Origin: Deferribacterales bacterium
GTDB lineage: Bacteria > Chrysiogenota > Deferribacteres > Deferribacterales > Geovibrionaceae
Direction of reading: 5' to 3'
DNA length: 37,520 bases
Assembly (NCBI GenBank): GCA_050253335.1
Contig: JBFWJG010000022.1
Coordinates: 1 to 37,520 of the forward strand
In this document: positions 1 through 8,541 of the stretch, piece by piece
How positions within the stretch are numbered: the stretch's first letter is position 1
Layout: each line of letters opens with the position of its first letter
Notes under the pieces: model-generated
What the model saw: the letters and a program-made list of their open reading frames with translations, nothing else
Databases searched by the model: none
Told to the model about the DNA's origin: nothing
Position numbers and translations under genes: made by a program

Positions 1-327
1 GAAAAAACATGCGTTCTCAGCGAAACTCCGGACACCGACCTTGAGCTTGACATAGACTCCGGCTTCAAAGTCAGGAACAACGCTTACCTGCTGAAAAGCA
101 TCTTTCTCATAATACTTTATGAAGCTGTCAAAACCTCATCAGGCAAACTGGAGATAAAAGGGAAGCTCCCTCTTCTCTCCCTGAAATGCAGCAAAGGATT
201 TACCGGCTTTCCGGAAATTATACAAATTTTCTCCGAAATGTTTAAAAAATCCGGTATATTATTAGAATATGACTCGAATTCCATATCCATGAGGTTTGAC
301 TATGAAAATTTTGATTGCGGACGATGA
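1..327 (+). CDS. 3' part of a CDS truncated by the window edge; possibly a degenerate HATPase-like/phosphotransferase C-terminal domain
   Basis: Frame 1 is open from base 1 to TGA at 325-327 (EKTCVLSETPD...LLKSIFLIILYEAV...MRFDYENFDCGR*) and overlaps the start of the next gene. The function is a guess from context. Confidence 0.55.
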   Translation, partial: EKTCVLSETPDTDLELDIDSGFKVRNNAYLLKSIFLIILYEAVKTSSGKLEIKGKLPLLSLKCSKGFTGFPEIIQIFSEMFKKSGILLEYDSNSISMRFDYENFDCGR

Positions 328-664
328 GCTGCGCCTGCGGAAAGTGGTTGCACTTCATCTGAAAAAAGCGGGCTTTGCCGTTCTGGAGGCGGGAAACGGC
401 AGACAGGCTCTTGCAATGGCGAAGGAGCAGAAGCCTGATGTCATTGTTCTGGACATTATGATGCCTGAAATGACCGGACTTGAAGCCTGCGAGGCCATAA
501 AGGCTGATGCGGAGCTTTCCTCCATCCCCGTTATCCTGCTTACCGCGATGGCGGAAGCAGGCGACATAGAAAAAGGCGGAGCCGCAGGGGCGGAGTATTA
601 CCTCACCAAGCCGTTCAGCCCCAAGGATCTTATAGATAAAATAAACAGCAACTTTAAAAGCTGA
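302..664 (+). CDS. Single-domain response regulator (CheY-like receiver)
   Basis: KILIADDE, phospho-acceptor VLDIMMP, LLTA and YLTKPF motifs; ATG at 302 preceded by GAGG. Confidence 0.93.
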   Translation: MKILIADDELRLRKVVALHLKKAGFAVLEAGNGRQALAMAKEQKPDVIVLDIMMPEMTGLEACEAIKADAELSSIPVILLTAMAEAGDIEKGGAAGAEYYLTKPFSPKDLIDKINSNFKS

Positions 665-681
665 TAAAGGAGCCGCAAGTC

Positions 682-1782
682 TTGAAAAAAATTGCCTACA
701 GAGGCTCGAAAGATAATCTGAAGCAGTTTCTTCTCCTGCTAAAAGACGAATGCCAGTTTGTTCAGGAAGGGGATGAAGATCTGCTTATAATCGAGATAGA
801 CAGTGTTGAAACTCTTTTCAGACTGCCCAAGAAGTTCAGCGTTCCGGCCTTTTTCTTTATAACCACAAAAGACAGACGTGTTGTGGAATCTATCCGCCAG
901 TACTATATCTCAGGCATTTTCACCCCGCCGCTCAAGAAAGAAGATGTGGCGAAAAAACTTTCCGTGGCTCTGGCCTCGGCAAGCAAGGGAAAAAGCAGCG
1001 GCGAGCTCGACACATTAAAAGCGAAGGTTCTCGCCAAGGCAGAAAGCATACCCGCCCTGCCCGCTCTGGCGAAGGAGCTTCTGCGCCTTTCCAGAAGCGA
1101 CAACTCGCAGATTAAGGACTTCATCGTCAAAATCAAGAAGGATCAGGGGATCTCCTCTAAAATAATAAAGCTTGTCAACTCCCCCTTTTACGGCCTCAGA
1201 CAGGAGATAAGCAGCATAGACCGCGCCACGGTTCTGCTCGGCATAAACACAGTGAAAAACCTTGCTCTCGCCGTATCCACCGAAGGCTACTACGCCAAAC
1301 ACTTCAACCTGTACAAATCAAGCGGACAGCGCGTATGGGAGCACTCAGTGGCGGTGGCCATGCTTTCCGAATCTCTGGCGGAAATGCTGGGCGAGGATCC
1401 GGATTCGCTCTATCTTGCAGGGCTCATGCACGACATAGGCAAATCGATCCTTGTGGACTTTCTTGTTCAGGAGGTTGACACAACGGAAGACGAACTTGCG
1501 CAGCTCGGGATAGACCATTCGACAGTGGGCGGAACAATCCTCAAAAAGTGGGCTGTGGCCGACAGCATAGCGACAGCCGTCATGAACCACCATCACAAAG
1601 CGGAAGATATTTACTCAAAAATAGTTTATTACGCCAATAAAATAGAGCAGAACAGAAAAGACAGGGAGGAGATAATAGGCGAAATTGCGCAGGATTTCAG
1701 CAAAAGCTACGCTGATGTGAATAATGCCGTCGCCGAAATCCTGAACACAAAAGCGGATGAAATGAATGCTGATACTCAATAA
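682..1782 (+). CDS. HDOD-domain protein with a degenerate receiver-like N-terminus
   Basis: IPALP...DQGISSKIIKLVNSPFYG...WEHSVAVA...GLMHDIGK...DHSTVG...NHH motifs; TTG start after AAGGAG. Confidence 0.88.
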   Translation: MKKIAYRGSKDNLKQFLLLLKDECQFVQEGDEDLLIIEIDSVETLFRLPKKFSVPAFFFITTKDRRVVESIRQYYISGIFTPPLKKEDVAKKLSVALASASKGKSSGELDTLKAKVLAKAESIPALPALAKELLRLSRSDNSQIKDFIVKIKKDQGISSKIIKLVNSPFYGLRQEISSIDRATVLLGINTVKNLALAVSTEGYYAKHFNLYKSSGQRVWEHSVAVAMLSESLAEMLGEDPDSLYLAGLMHDIGKSILVDFLVQEVDTTEDELAQLGIDHSTVGGTILKKWAVADSIATAVMNHHHKAEDIYSKIVYYANKIEQNRKDREEIIGEIAQDFSKSYADVNNAVAEILNTKADEMNADTQ

Positions 1783-3337
1783 ACAGCTTTTTGACACATT
1801 CTTTTCCCAGAGCTCAGGCGAGTTCTTCACCAGACTTTATAATTTTCTCGAATCTGAGGAATCCGGAGCGTTCACCATATGGAAGTGCGAAGGCAACCTC
1901 TGCGAGGCTGTTTCCGGAAGGCATTCCCGTTCATCCGCCACATTCGATATTTTTGATCTGGGCTACGAAGGCGGAGCAGTTTCGGAAAACAGCAAAACCG
2001 TTGAATTTTTCGATGAAATAATAAATATCGAGTCGTCCTTTTTCCTCGAAAGCAGAGGGAACGTGATGGCCTGCATCACCTTTCACGAAGAGGCCGGAAG
2101 CGATGCGCTCACCATGCTTGAGCCTTTTTCCCAGTATCTGGGCAGCAGGCTGGACGAACTCAGAGCCCGTGACGGAAGCCTTAACACCTATGTAAACTAT
2201 CAGAAGAAAATCGACTTCGTTAAAAAAGGGAGCATGATCTTCAAGGCCATAGAGCTTGAAGAGGTTCTGGCGGTTTCACTCACGTTCTTCATGGAGGTTT
2301 TCTCCGCTGAGGCTGCGTGCGCGATTCATAAAGATAATTTCAACGCCATCGGACTGGAGGAAATATCAATCCGGGGGCTTATCAGGATAAACGGCACACC
2401 CCTCTATGACTACGTCATGGAAAACCGCCGGACTGAATTCATCGAATACGGCATAGACGCAGGCGAATTCAATGTGAAAAACCTCTTTGTGGTGTTTGAG
2501 CCCGCGCAGGATATTGTCATACTGCTGTTCAACATCCAGTTCGACATTGTGCCGGATAAGGAATTCTCGGACATAGTTTCATCAATAGTTTCCATCGCCG
2601 TGGAAAACGCCCTGAACCACGAAACCATGACCCGCCTCAAGATGGAGGAGATGGAGATGCGCACCACCGGCGACATACTGAACAAGTTTGTTCAGCGGGA
2701 TGTGCGCGTTTACGGCGATGTGGATATTCAGGGGATAAGCTACCCCGCCAGAACAGCCGGAGGCGACTTCTTCTACATCAGTGATGTGGACGGGAAAACA
2801 TTCTTCTGCGTGGCGGATGTCTGCGGCAAGGGTTATTCCGCGGCGGTTTTCACTGTTGTGCTGAGTGTTTATGTTTCTCTCTGCTCCGCCTTTGAGGGGC
2901 ATGAGAAGGTGCTTGAGAAGCTGGTGGAATCCCTCAACAGGTTTCTCATAGGAAAAAGCTTCGGAGACCGCTTCATCACGGCTTTCTTCGCCTTGTATGA
3001 TCCCAAACACAGAACACTGGACTACATCTCCTGCGGACATGAACCTGCCGTCCTCTTCGCCGAGGAAAAGCAGGAGCTTTCCTCAGGCTTTCTCCCGCTG
3101 GGCATAATCGAGGATGACTACAAACAGATTGCTGTGGAAATCCCCGCAGGAGCGTCGCTTTTCATTTACACTGACGGAGTCATAGAGTACACCCCCCACG
3201 AAAGGCTTGTGCCGGAGGTGGAAAAGCTGGTAAAAGATGGTTGCAAAGACATAGTTAATAACCTATATAACGAACTTGTAACGGATAAGGACTCCCAGAA
3301 GGACGACTTCACATGCATGTTCGTCCGTTTCAGATAA
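1766..3337 (+). CDS. PP2C-family (SpoIIE/RsbU-like) serine phosphatase with GAF-like N-terminal region
   Basis: AGGDFF, VADVCGKG, RFITAF, CGHEP, YTDGVIE and DDFT motifs. Confidence 0.9.
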   Translation: MLILNKQLFDTFFSQSSGEFFTRLYNFLESEESGAFTIWKCEGNLCEAVSGRHSRSSATFDIFDLGYEGGAVSENSKTVEFFDEIINIESSFFLESRGNVMACITFHEEAGSDALTMLEPFSQYLGSRLDELRARDGSLNTYVNYQKKIDFVKKGSMIFKAIELEEVLAVSLTFFMEVFSAEAACAIHKDNFNAIGLEEISIRGLIRINGTPLYDYVMENRRTEFIEYGIDAGEFNVKNLFVVFEPAQDIVILLFNIQFDIVPDKEFSDIVSSIVSIAVENALNHETMTRLKMEEMEMRTTGDILNKFVQRDVRVYGDVDIQGISYPARTAGGDFFYISDVDGKTFFCVADVCGKGYSAAVFTVVLSVYVSLCSAFEGHEKVLEKLVESLNRFLIGKSFGDRFITAFFALYDPKHRTLDYISCGHEPAVLFAEEKQELSSGFLPLGIIEDDYKQIAVEIPAGASLFIYTDGVIEYTPHERLVPEVEKLVKDGCKDIVNNLYNELVTDKDSQKDDFTCMFVRFR

Positions 3338-3341
3338 ACCG

Positions 3342-4040
3342 ATGAATAAGGATTTGCTCTTGGAAAAAAAATCGAAAGACATTCAGCAGATGTTCGATGA
3401 CATAGCCCCGAAATACGACTTTCTCAACCGCGCGCTCAGCTTCCGCACGGATGTCGCGTGGCGCAGAAAGGCGATTAAGCTTATGGATGTTCAGGACGGA
3501 CAGACCGTGCTTGATCTCGCCTGCGGCACTGCGGACATGATGATAGAACTCACAAAAACAGGCAAAAGCGTAACCCTCATCGGCGGTGATTTCAGCCATA
3601 ACATGATGAAGATAGGCAAGCAGAAGATGCCCGGAGGCATATTCAGCGTCAGTGATGCACACTGCCTTCCTTTCAAGGATAAATCCTTCGACCGCATAAT
3701 GATTGCCTTCGGCTTCCGCAACGTGACGGACAAGGCGCAGGGGCTGAGGGAGATGCACCGTGTCCTCAAAGACGGCGGACGGGCGTGCATACTTGAGTTC
3801 AGCCAGCCGCAGAACCCGTTTTTCGCATGGGTCTACAGGCTGTATTTCACCAAAATCCTCCCCTTCATAGGCGGCATTATCTCCGGAAACAGAAAGGCAT
3901 ATGAATATCTGCCTGAGTCCGTCTACAAATTTCCGAAGAGAGATGCCTACCGCAGAATGATCCTTGAAGCGGGCTTCAAAGAAGCGGAGTTCAACCCCTT
4001 CACATTCGGAATCTGCGACGCCACAATCTGCCGAAAATAA
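3342..4040 (+). CDS. ubiE: Demethylmenaquinone methyltransferase (UbiE/MenG)
   Basis: MFDDIAPKYDFLN, VLDLACGTAD, FGFRNV, LEFSQP and YEYLPES motifs. Confidence 0.93.
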   Translation: MNKDLLLEKKSKDIQQMFDDIAPKYDFLNRALSFRTDVAWRRKAIKLMDVQDGQTVLDLACGTADMMIELTKTGKSVTLIGGDFSHNMMKIGKQKMPGGIFSVSDAHCLPFKDKSFDRIMIAFGFRNVTDKAQGLREMHRVLKDGGRACILEFSQPQNPFFAWVYRLYFTKILPFIGGIISGNRKAYEYLPESVYKFPKRDAYRRMILEAGFKEAEFNPFTFGICDATICRK

Positions 4041-4053
4041 ACAGGCGCACGGA

Positions 4054-5319
4054 ATGGAGCGGGATTCTTTCAGGGCTTTTCTCACTCATCTCTCAATGAC
4101 GGGCAGGCTGGAGACAGCATCCGAACCTGTTTCATGCGATCTTGAAGCGGCGGAAATCGCCAGACGCGCCGTCGGCAGATGCGCCCTTCTGTTTGAAAAT
4201 CCGTCAGGCTCGGCATTCCCCCTCGTTATGAACGTCTTCTGCTCAAAATCCGCGGTTCTTGAATCGATAGGACTGAAACAGATCACAGGTGCGCCGGACT
4301 GTCTCCTTGAGGAAACCCTTCCCGAACAGTTCAGACCGCAGACAGTCGGCAATCCCCGTTTCAGATATAAAGAATTTTCAGACCTCACCTCACTGCCCGC
4401 CATACGCACATGGAAAAATGACGGCGGCTTCGCCCTCACCCTCCCCTGCGTTATAACAAAAGGCCGCACGCAGAACTGCGGCATGTACCGTGTTCAGATA
4501 CTTGACGAAAGGCGCGCTGTCATCCACTGTTACCCCGAAAGCGGAGCTGCGGAGCACCTTAGGCAGGCGGAGGAACGGGGGGAAAAAAGCATTGAAGCGG
4601 CGATATGCCTCGGCGCACCGCCGTCAGTAATCCTCGCCTCGGTAATACCCGTTAAAGCGGACGAGTTTGAAATATCAGCCGCGCTCACAGGCAGACCTCT
4701 GAAAACGGCGGAGATTAACGGGCTGAGCGTTCCCGCGGATTCGGAGATAGTGCTTCAAGGCAGAATCTCCCTCACGGAGAAGGCTGTGGAAGGCCCTTTC
4801 GGGAACTACACCGGCGGATATTCCGTGCCGGAGGCTTTCCCCGTTTTTACCCTCGAAAAGGCATACCATGCGGAAAATGCAATATGCCCGAATACCGCTG
4901 CGGGTGCGCCTGTCTCCGAAAACGGTTTTCTTGCGGACGCCGCGTTCAGACTGCTCACAAACTCCATAAAACGCAGTATGCCGGAGCTTGTTTCATTCGC
5001 TTTCCCCTCTTTCGGAGTGTTCGGGAGGATGATCTTCATCGCCCTCAAAGAAGGTGCGGACATAAAAAAAACTGCGGACAGCTTTCTCTTCAGCAGATAC
5101 GCAAACATATGTATCTTCGATGAAAACACGGACACGGAAGATACCGCCGAGTGCCTCCGTCTTTTCGCTGGGAGCAGGCTAATAAGCTGTGAACAAAACA
5201 GAATTTTCGACTGTAGACTAAAAGATACACCCTATATTTCAACTGATGAAGCAGTAGTAAATAAAGTTGACGAAAACGCATACGGATTCGGGGAATGGAT
5301 AAAAAGAAAACCGCTTTAA
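4054..5319 (+). CDS. UbiD-family (prFMN-dependent) decarboxylase-like protein, divergent
   Basis: ALLFENP, DLTSLP, DGG, NCGMYRVQ, EIVLQG and EGPFG motifs; likely start ATG 4054 (MERDSFRAFL) just after ubiE. Confidence 0.8.
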   Translation: MERDSFRAFLTHLSMTGRLETASEPVSCDLEAAEIARRAVGRCALLFENPSGSAFPLVMNVFCSKSAVLESIGLKQITGAPDCLLEETLPEQFRPQTVGNPRFRYKEFSDLTSLPAIRTWKNDGGFALTLPCVITKGRTQNCGMYRVQILDERRAVIHCYPESGAAEHLRQAEERGEKSIEAAICLGAPPSVILASVIPVKADEFEISAALTGRPLKTAEINGLSVPADSEIVLQGRISLTEKAVEGPFGNYTGGYSVPEAFPVFTLEKAYHAENAICPNTAAGAPVSENGFLADAAFRLLTNSIKRSMPELVSFAFPSFGVFGRMIFIALKEGADIKKTADSFLFSRYANICIFDENTDTEDTAECLRLFAGSRLISCEQNRIFDCRLKDTPYISTDEAVVNKVDENAYGFGEWIKRKPL

Positions 5320-5948
5320 AATTCATGGAGTTTCTGGACAGCCGCTACGCAGACGCGGAATGCTCCCTCAGGCACGAAAACCCTTTTCAGCTCCTCACCG
5401 CCACAATACTCAGCGCTCAGTGCACCGATGCGCGGGTGAATATAGTCACGCAGGAGCTGTTCAGAAAATACCCCACTCCTCAGCACCTTGCTGATGCGGA
5501 CATGGAGGAGCTGTGCGCGGACATAAAACCCACGGGCTTTTTCCGAAATAAGGCGAAAAGCCTCATAGGGATGGGCAGAAAGCTGGTCAGCGAACACGGC
5601 GGCGAAGTGCCCGGAACCATGGAGGAGCTGATCAAAATCCCCGGTGTGGGCAGAAAAACGGCAAACGTCATCCTCGGCAACTGCTTCGGCAGACCTGCCG
5701 TGGTTGTGGACACCCATGTGAAGCGCATCGCCTTCCGCCTAGGCCTCACGAAAAACACCGACCCGGAAAAGATAGAGCAGGATCTCATAAAAATCATTCC
5801 GCCGGAGCGCAGTGCGGAATGGTCGCATCAGGTGATACTCTTTGGGCGGGACATCTGCACAGCCCGTTCGCCCAAGTGCGGGGAATGCCCCGTGAGCGGA
5901 ATCTGCCCCGATTATGCTGCAAGGATGAAAAAGCATCTTAAACCTTGA
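5295..5948 (+). CDS. nth: Endonuclease III
   Basis: LLTATILSAQCTD, HhH motif IPGVGRKTANV, VDTHV, and the 4Fe-4S motif C-x6-C-x2-C-x5-C. Confidence 0.95.
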   Translation: MDKKKTALKFMEFLDSRYADAECSLRHENPFQLLTATILSAQCTDARVNIVTQELFRKYPTPQHLADADMEELCADIKPTGFFRNKAKSLIGMGRKLVSEHGGEVPGTMEELIKIPGVGRKTANVILGNCFGRPAVVVDTHVKRIAFRLGLTKNTDPEKIEQDLIKIIPPERSAEWSHQVILFGRDICTARSPKCGECPVSGICPDYAARMKKHLKP

Positions 5949-6001
5949 ACGCGGGGTTAAGGGAACTATCTTATAGAAAAAGCCTCACGGAGATTTTATT
6001 T

Positions 6002-6526
6002 ATGACGCTGAACAGGGGATTTGTGCAGATATACACCGGCAAAGGCAAGGGCAAAACAACCGCCGCACTCGGCTTGGCTCTCAGGGGCGCAGGAGCAGGG
6101 CTCAGGGTGTACATCGGCCAGTTTCTGAAAAGCGGGAAATACTCCGAGAACATCTCCGTTCATTCCCTTGAAAAAAACATAGTCATGGAAGCCTACGGCA
6201 ACGACCGCTTTATCTGCGGAGTTCCCTGCACGGAGGAGATACGCCTAGCCGAAGAAGGGCTTAAAAAAGCGAAGACAGCCCTTCTTTCCGGAGAATACGA
6301 CATAGTGATTCTGGACGAAATCAATGTAGCTCTTTCCCTCGGTCTGATAAAAGAGGATGAAGTGGCCGAGATGATAAAAATGCGCCCGAAAACCGCCGAG
6401 CTTGTCCTCACAGGGAGAAGCGCTCCCGCCTCAATAATGGAGCTGGCTGACCTCATAACCGAAATGAAGGAGATAAAGCATTACTTCTCCTGCGGTGTTG
6501 AGGCAAGGGAAGGCATCGAAAAGTAA
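6002..6526 (+). CDS. cobO: Cob(I)alamin adenosyltransferase (CobO/BtuR family)
   Basis: YTGKGKGKTTAALG, QFLK, ILDEI, ELVLTGR and KHYF...GIE motifs; ATG 6002 after GGAG. Confidence 0.9.
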   Translation: MTLNRGFVQIYTGKGKGKTTAALGLALRGAGAGLRVYIGQFLKSGKYSENISVHSLEKNIVMEAYGNDRFICGVPCTEEIRLAEEGLKKAKTALLSGEYDIVILDEINVALSLGLIKEDEVAEMIKMRPKTAELVLTGRSAPASIMELADLITEMKEIKHYFSCGVEAREGIEK

Positions 6527-6540
6527 CCCCCGCCTCCGAT

Positions 6541-6596
6541 CTGACAAATCATTAACAAACATTTGTCACCCTTTTCACACACCTAAATATAATAAT
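6541..6596 (+). promoter_or_regulatory. Four hexamers at 11-bp period (Pho-box/OmpR-family-like) followed by a -10 element
   Basis: CTGACA (6541), TTAACA (6552), TTGTCA (6563), TTCACA (6574); TATAAT at 6588-6593. Confidence 0.55.
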
Positions 6597-6649
6597 GATT
6601 TATACGGATACTGTTTTTTTCGTGAATCTTTAATTATGCAGGTGTACGG

Positions 6650-8431
6650 ATGCTTCCTCAGCACTGGAACGAATATTTGTCAAAAGTCGAGCACGCATTT
6701 CAGCCCATAGCCAACCCCTTCTCCGGAGTTACATTCGCCGTGGAGGCGCTTCTGCGCGGCTGGGAGAAATGCGGATTTGATTCCATAGCGGAATTTTTTG
6801 ACACGGCCTTCAGGGAAAACCTCCTTTTTCAGGTGGACCTGGAGCTCAGGCGGAAAGCCATGATGAAGTTCCGCACCATAGAGGGCTCCCGTAAGATGAA
6901 GCTCTTCTATAACTACGACATCCGCATTGTAAACATGCCCGACTTTGAAAAGGGGCGCACCAAGGCGCTCCTGAACGCAAACGACATTGAGCCTGATGCC
7001 TTCTGCTTTGAAATATCCGAACGCCACAAGCACAGTTTCATAAAGAACACCAAAAATATTTTCGAAAACGTTAAGCAGTACGGATGCCGCATAGCCATTG
7101 ACGATTTCGGCGCGGGCTTCGCCAATTTCGAGCTTTTCTATTATTCCGAGCCGAACTTCCTCAAGATAGACAAATTCCTCATTCAGGGGATAGACGAGGA
7201 CATCAAGAAAAAGAAATACTGCAGCAACCTTACAAGCCTCGCCCATTTCTTCGGCATAACCATAGTGGCGGAAGGGGTGGAGACCAAGAAGGAGTTCCTC
7301 ACCTGCAAGGAGCTGGGCTTCGACCTTATTCAGGGCTACTTCATACAGAAACCCTCAACGGACGCCAAAGAGATCATGCCCGTATACAACGCAGTTCAGC
7401 AAATAGACCAGACGGACAAACGGGATTTCAGCGAGGACGCCTACCTCATATCAAACGAAATAGTGAAGCTGAGCCCTGTTAACGTGAGCGAACCGGCGGA
7501 GCATGTTCTTGAAAACATACGCAACCACATGAACGTGCCCGTGGTTCCCATTGTGGATGATACGGACATGCCGCTGGGGATAATAAGCGAACGCAACCTC
7601 AAGGAATATCTTTACCACCCATTCGGAAAGGAGCTTCTGCATAACAAATCCCTCACGGTGAATATACGCAAGTTCATCACCTCCTGCCCGATAGTGGAGA
7701 TAAACGTACCCATTGAAAAGATCCTTGAGCTCTTCGTGGCGAACAAGGAATCGGACGGGGTGATTATCACCAAAGGGCTGAAATATTTCGGCTTCCTCAC
7801 CGCCCAGTCTCTACTGAACACCCTGAACGAGAAGAACCTCGCCTTCGCCCGTGATATGAACCCGCTGACCAAGCTTTCAGGCAACAGCCTCATAAACGGA
7901 TACCTGAACGATGCGTTCAGGGACGAACACAGCCAGTATTTCCTTGTGTATTTCGATTTTGACAACTTCAAGCCGTTCAACGACCGTTTCGGCTTCCGCC
8001 AGGGTGACAGAGCCATTGTTCTCTTCTCGGACATCCTGAAGAAAGACTTCAGCGGAAAGAACGAGTTCATAGGCCATGTGGGCGGGGACGACTTCTTCGG
8101 CGGCATAAGCTGCAACGGAATGGCCTGCACCCTTGCTGTTGAAAAAATCAAAAAGACAATCAAGAAATTCACCGACTCGGTAATCTCCTTCTACTCCCCC
8201 TCGGAAGTTAAGCAGGGCTATTACACAGGCAAGGACAGGCAGGGAAACGACTCAATATTCCCCCTTTTAAGCATAAGCGCGGCAATCATAGAGCTTCCTT
8301 CGGGGAGGAGGGAACACACGCCGGACGAAATAGCCAACATTCTGGCCGACCTGAAAAAGAAAGCCAAGGCATCTGAAGAAAAAATCGCCGTGGCCTCAAT
8401 AAGCGATGCTCTGGCGGAAGCGGCTCATTGA
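6650..8431 (+). CDS. EAL-CBS-GGDEF c-di-GMP phosphodiesterase/cyclase
   Basis: FQPI, EALLR, FEISE, DDFGAG, LKID, EGVET and QGY in the EAL domain; central CBS-like pair; DFDNFKPFND...GHVGGDDF in the GGDEF domain. Confidence 0.92.
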   Translation: MLPQHWNEYLSKVEHAFQPIANPFSGVTFAVEALLRGWEKCGFDSIAEFFDTAFRENLLFQVDLELRRKAMMKFRTIEGSRKMKLFYNYDIRIVNMPDFEKGRTKALLNANDIEPDAFCFEISERHKHSFIKNTKNIFENVKQYGCRIAIDDFGAGFANFELFYYSEPNFLKIDKFLIQGIDEDIKKKKYCSNLTSLAHFFGITIVAEGVETKKEFLTCKELGFDLIQGYFIQKPSTDAKEIMPVYNAVQQIDQTDKRDFSEDAYLISNEIVKLSPVNVSEPAEHVLENIRNHMNVPVVPIVDDTDMPLGIISERNLKEYLYHPFGKELLHNKSLTVNIRKFITSCPIVEINVPIEKILELFVANKESDGVIITKGLKYFGFLTAQSLLNTLNEKNLAFARDMNPLTKLSGNSLINGYLNDAFRDEHSQYFLVYFDFDNFKPFNDRFGFRQGDRAIVLFSDILKKDFSGKNEFIGHVGGDDFFGGISCNGMACTLAVEKIKKTIKKFTDSVISFYSPSEVKQGYYTGKDRQGNDSIFPLLSISAAIIELPSGRREHTPDEIANILADLKKKAKASEEKIAVASISDALAEAAH

Positions 8432-8449
8432 CAGAACATACGGCTCCCG

Positions 8450-8478
8450 TTGCAAAATTGAGCCCTTTTTGGTAACCT
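8450..8478 (+). promoter_or_regulatory. Putative sigma70 promoter of the ALDH operon
   Basis: TTGCAA-17 nt-TAACCT with a TGn extended -10. Confidence 0.4.
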
Positions 8479-8541
8479 GATTAATCCGGAAACACTGCCC
8501 GAATCACCAGTTTTCCGCACTTCCCCAATCAGGAGGGCAAA

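Noticed and set aside
3364..3371. A8 run near the start of ubiE as a phase-variation or slippage site
   Set aside because: A short run within an intact frame; such runs are common in this sequence and no functional alternative product is evident.
3330..4085. 251-aa antisense ORF, and similar antisense ORFs (e.g. 18559-19251, 29166-29846, 11856-12464, 34692-35207)
   Set aside because: Shadow frames opposite well-supported genes, with no recognisable motifs.
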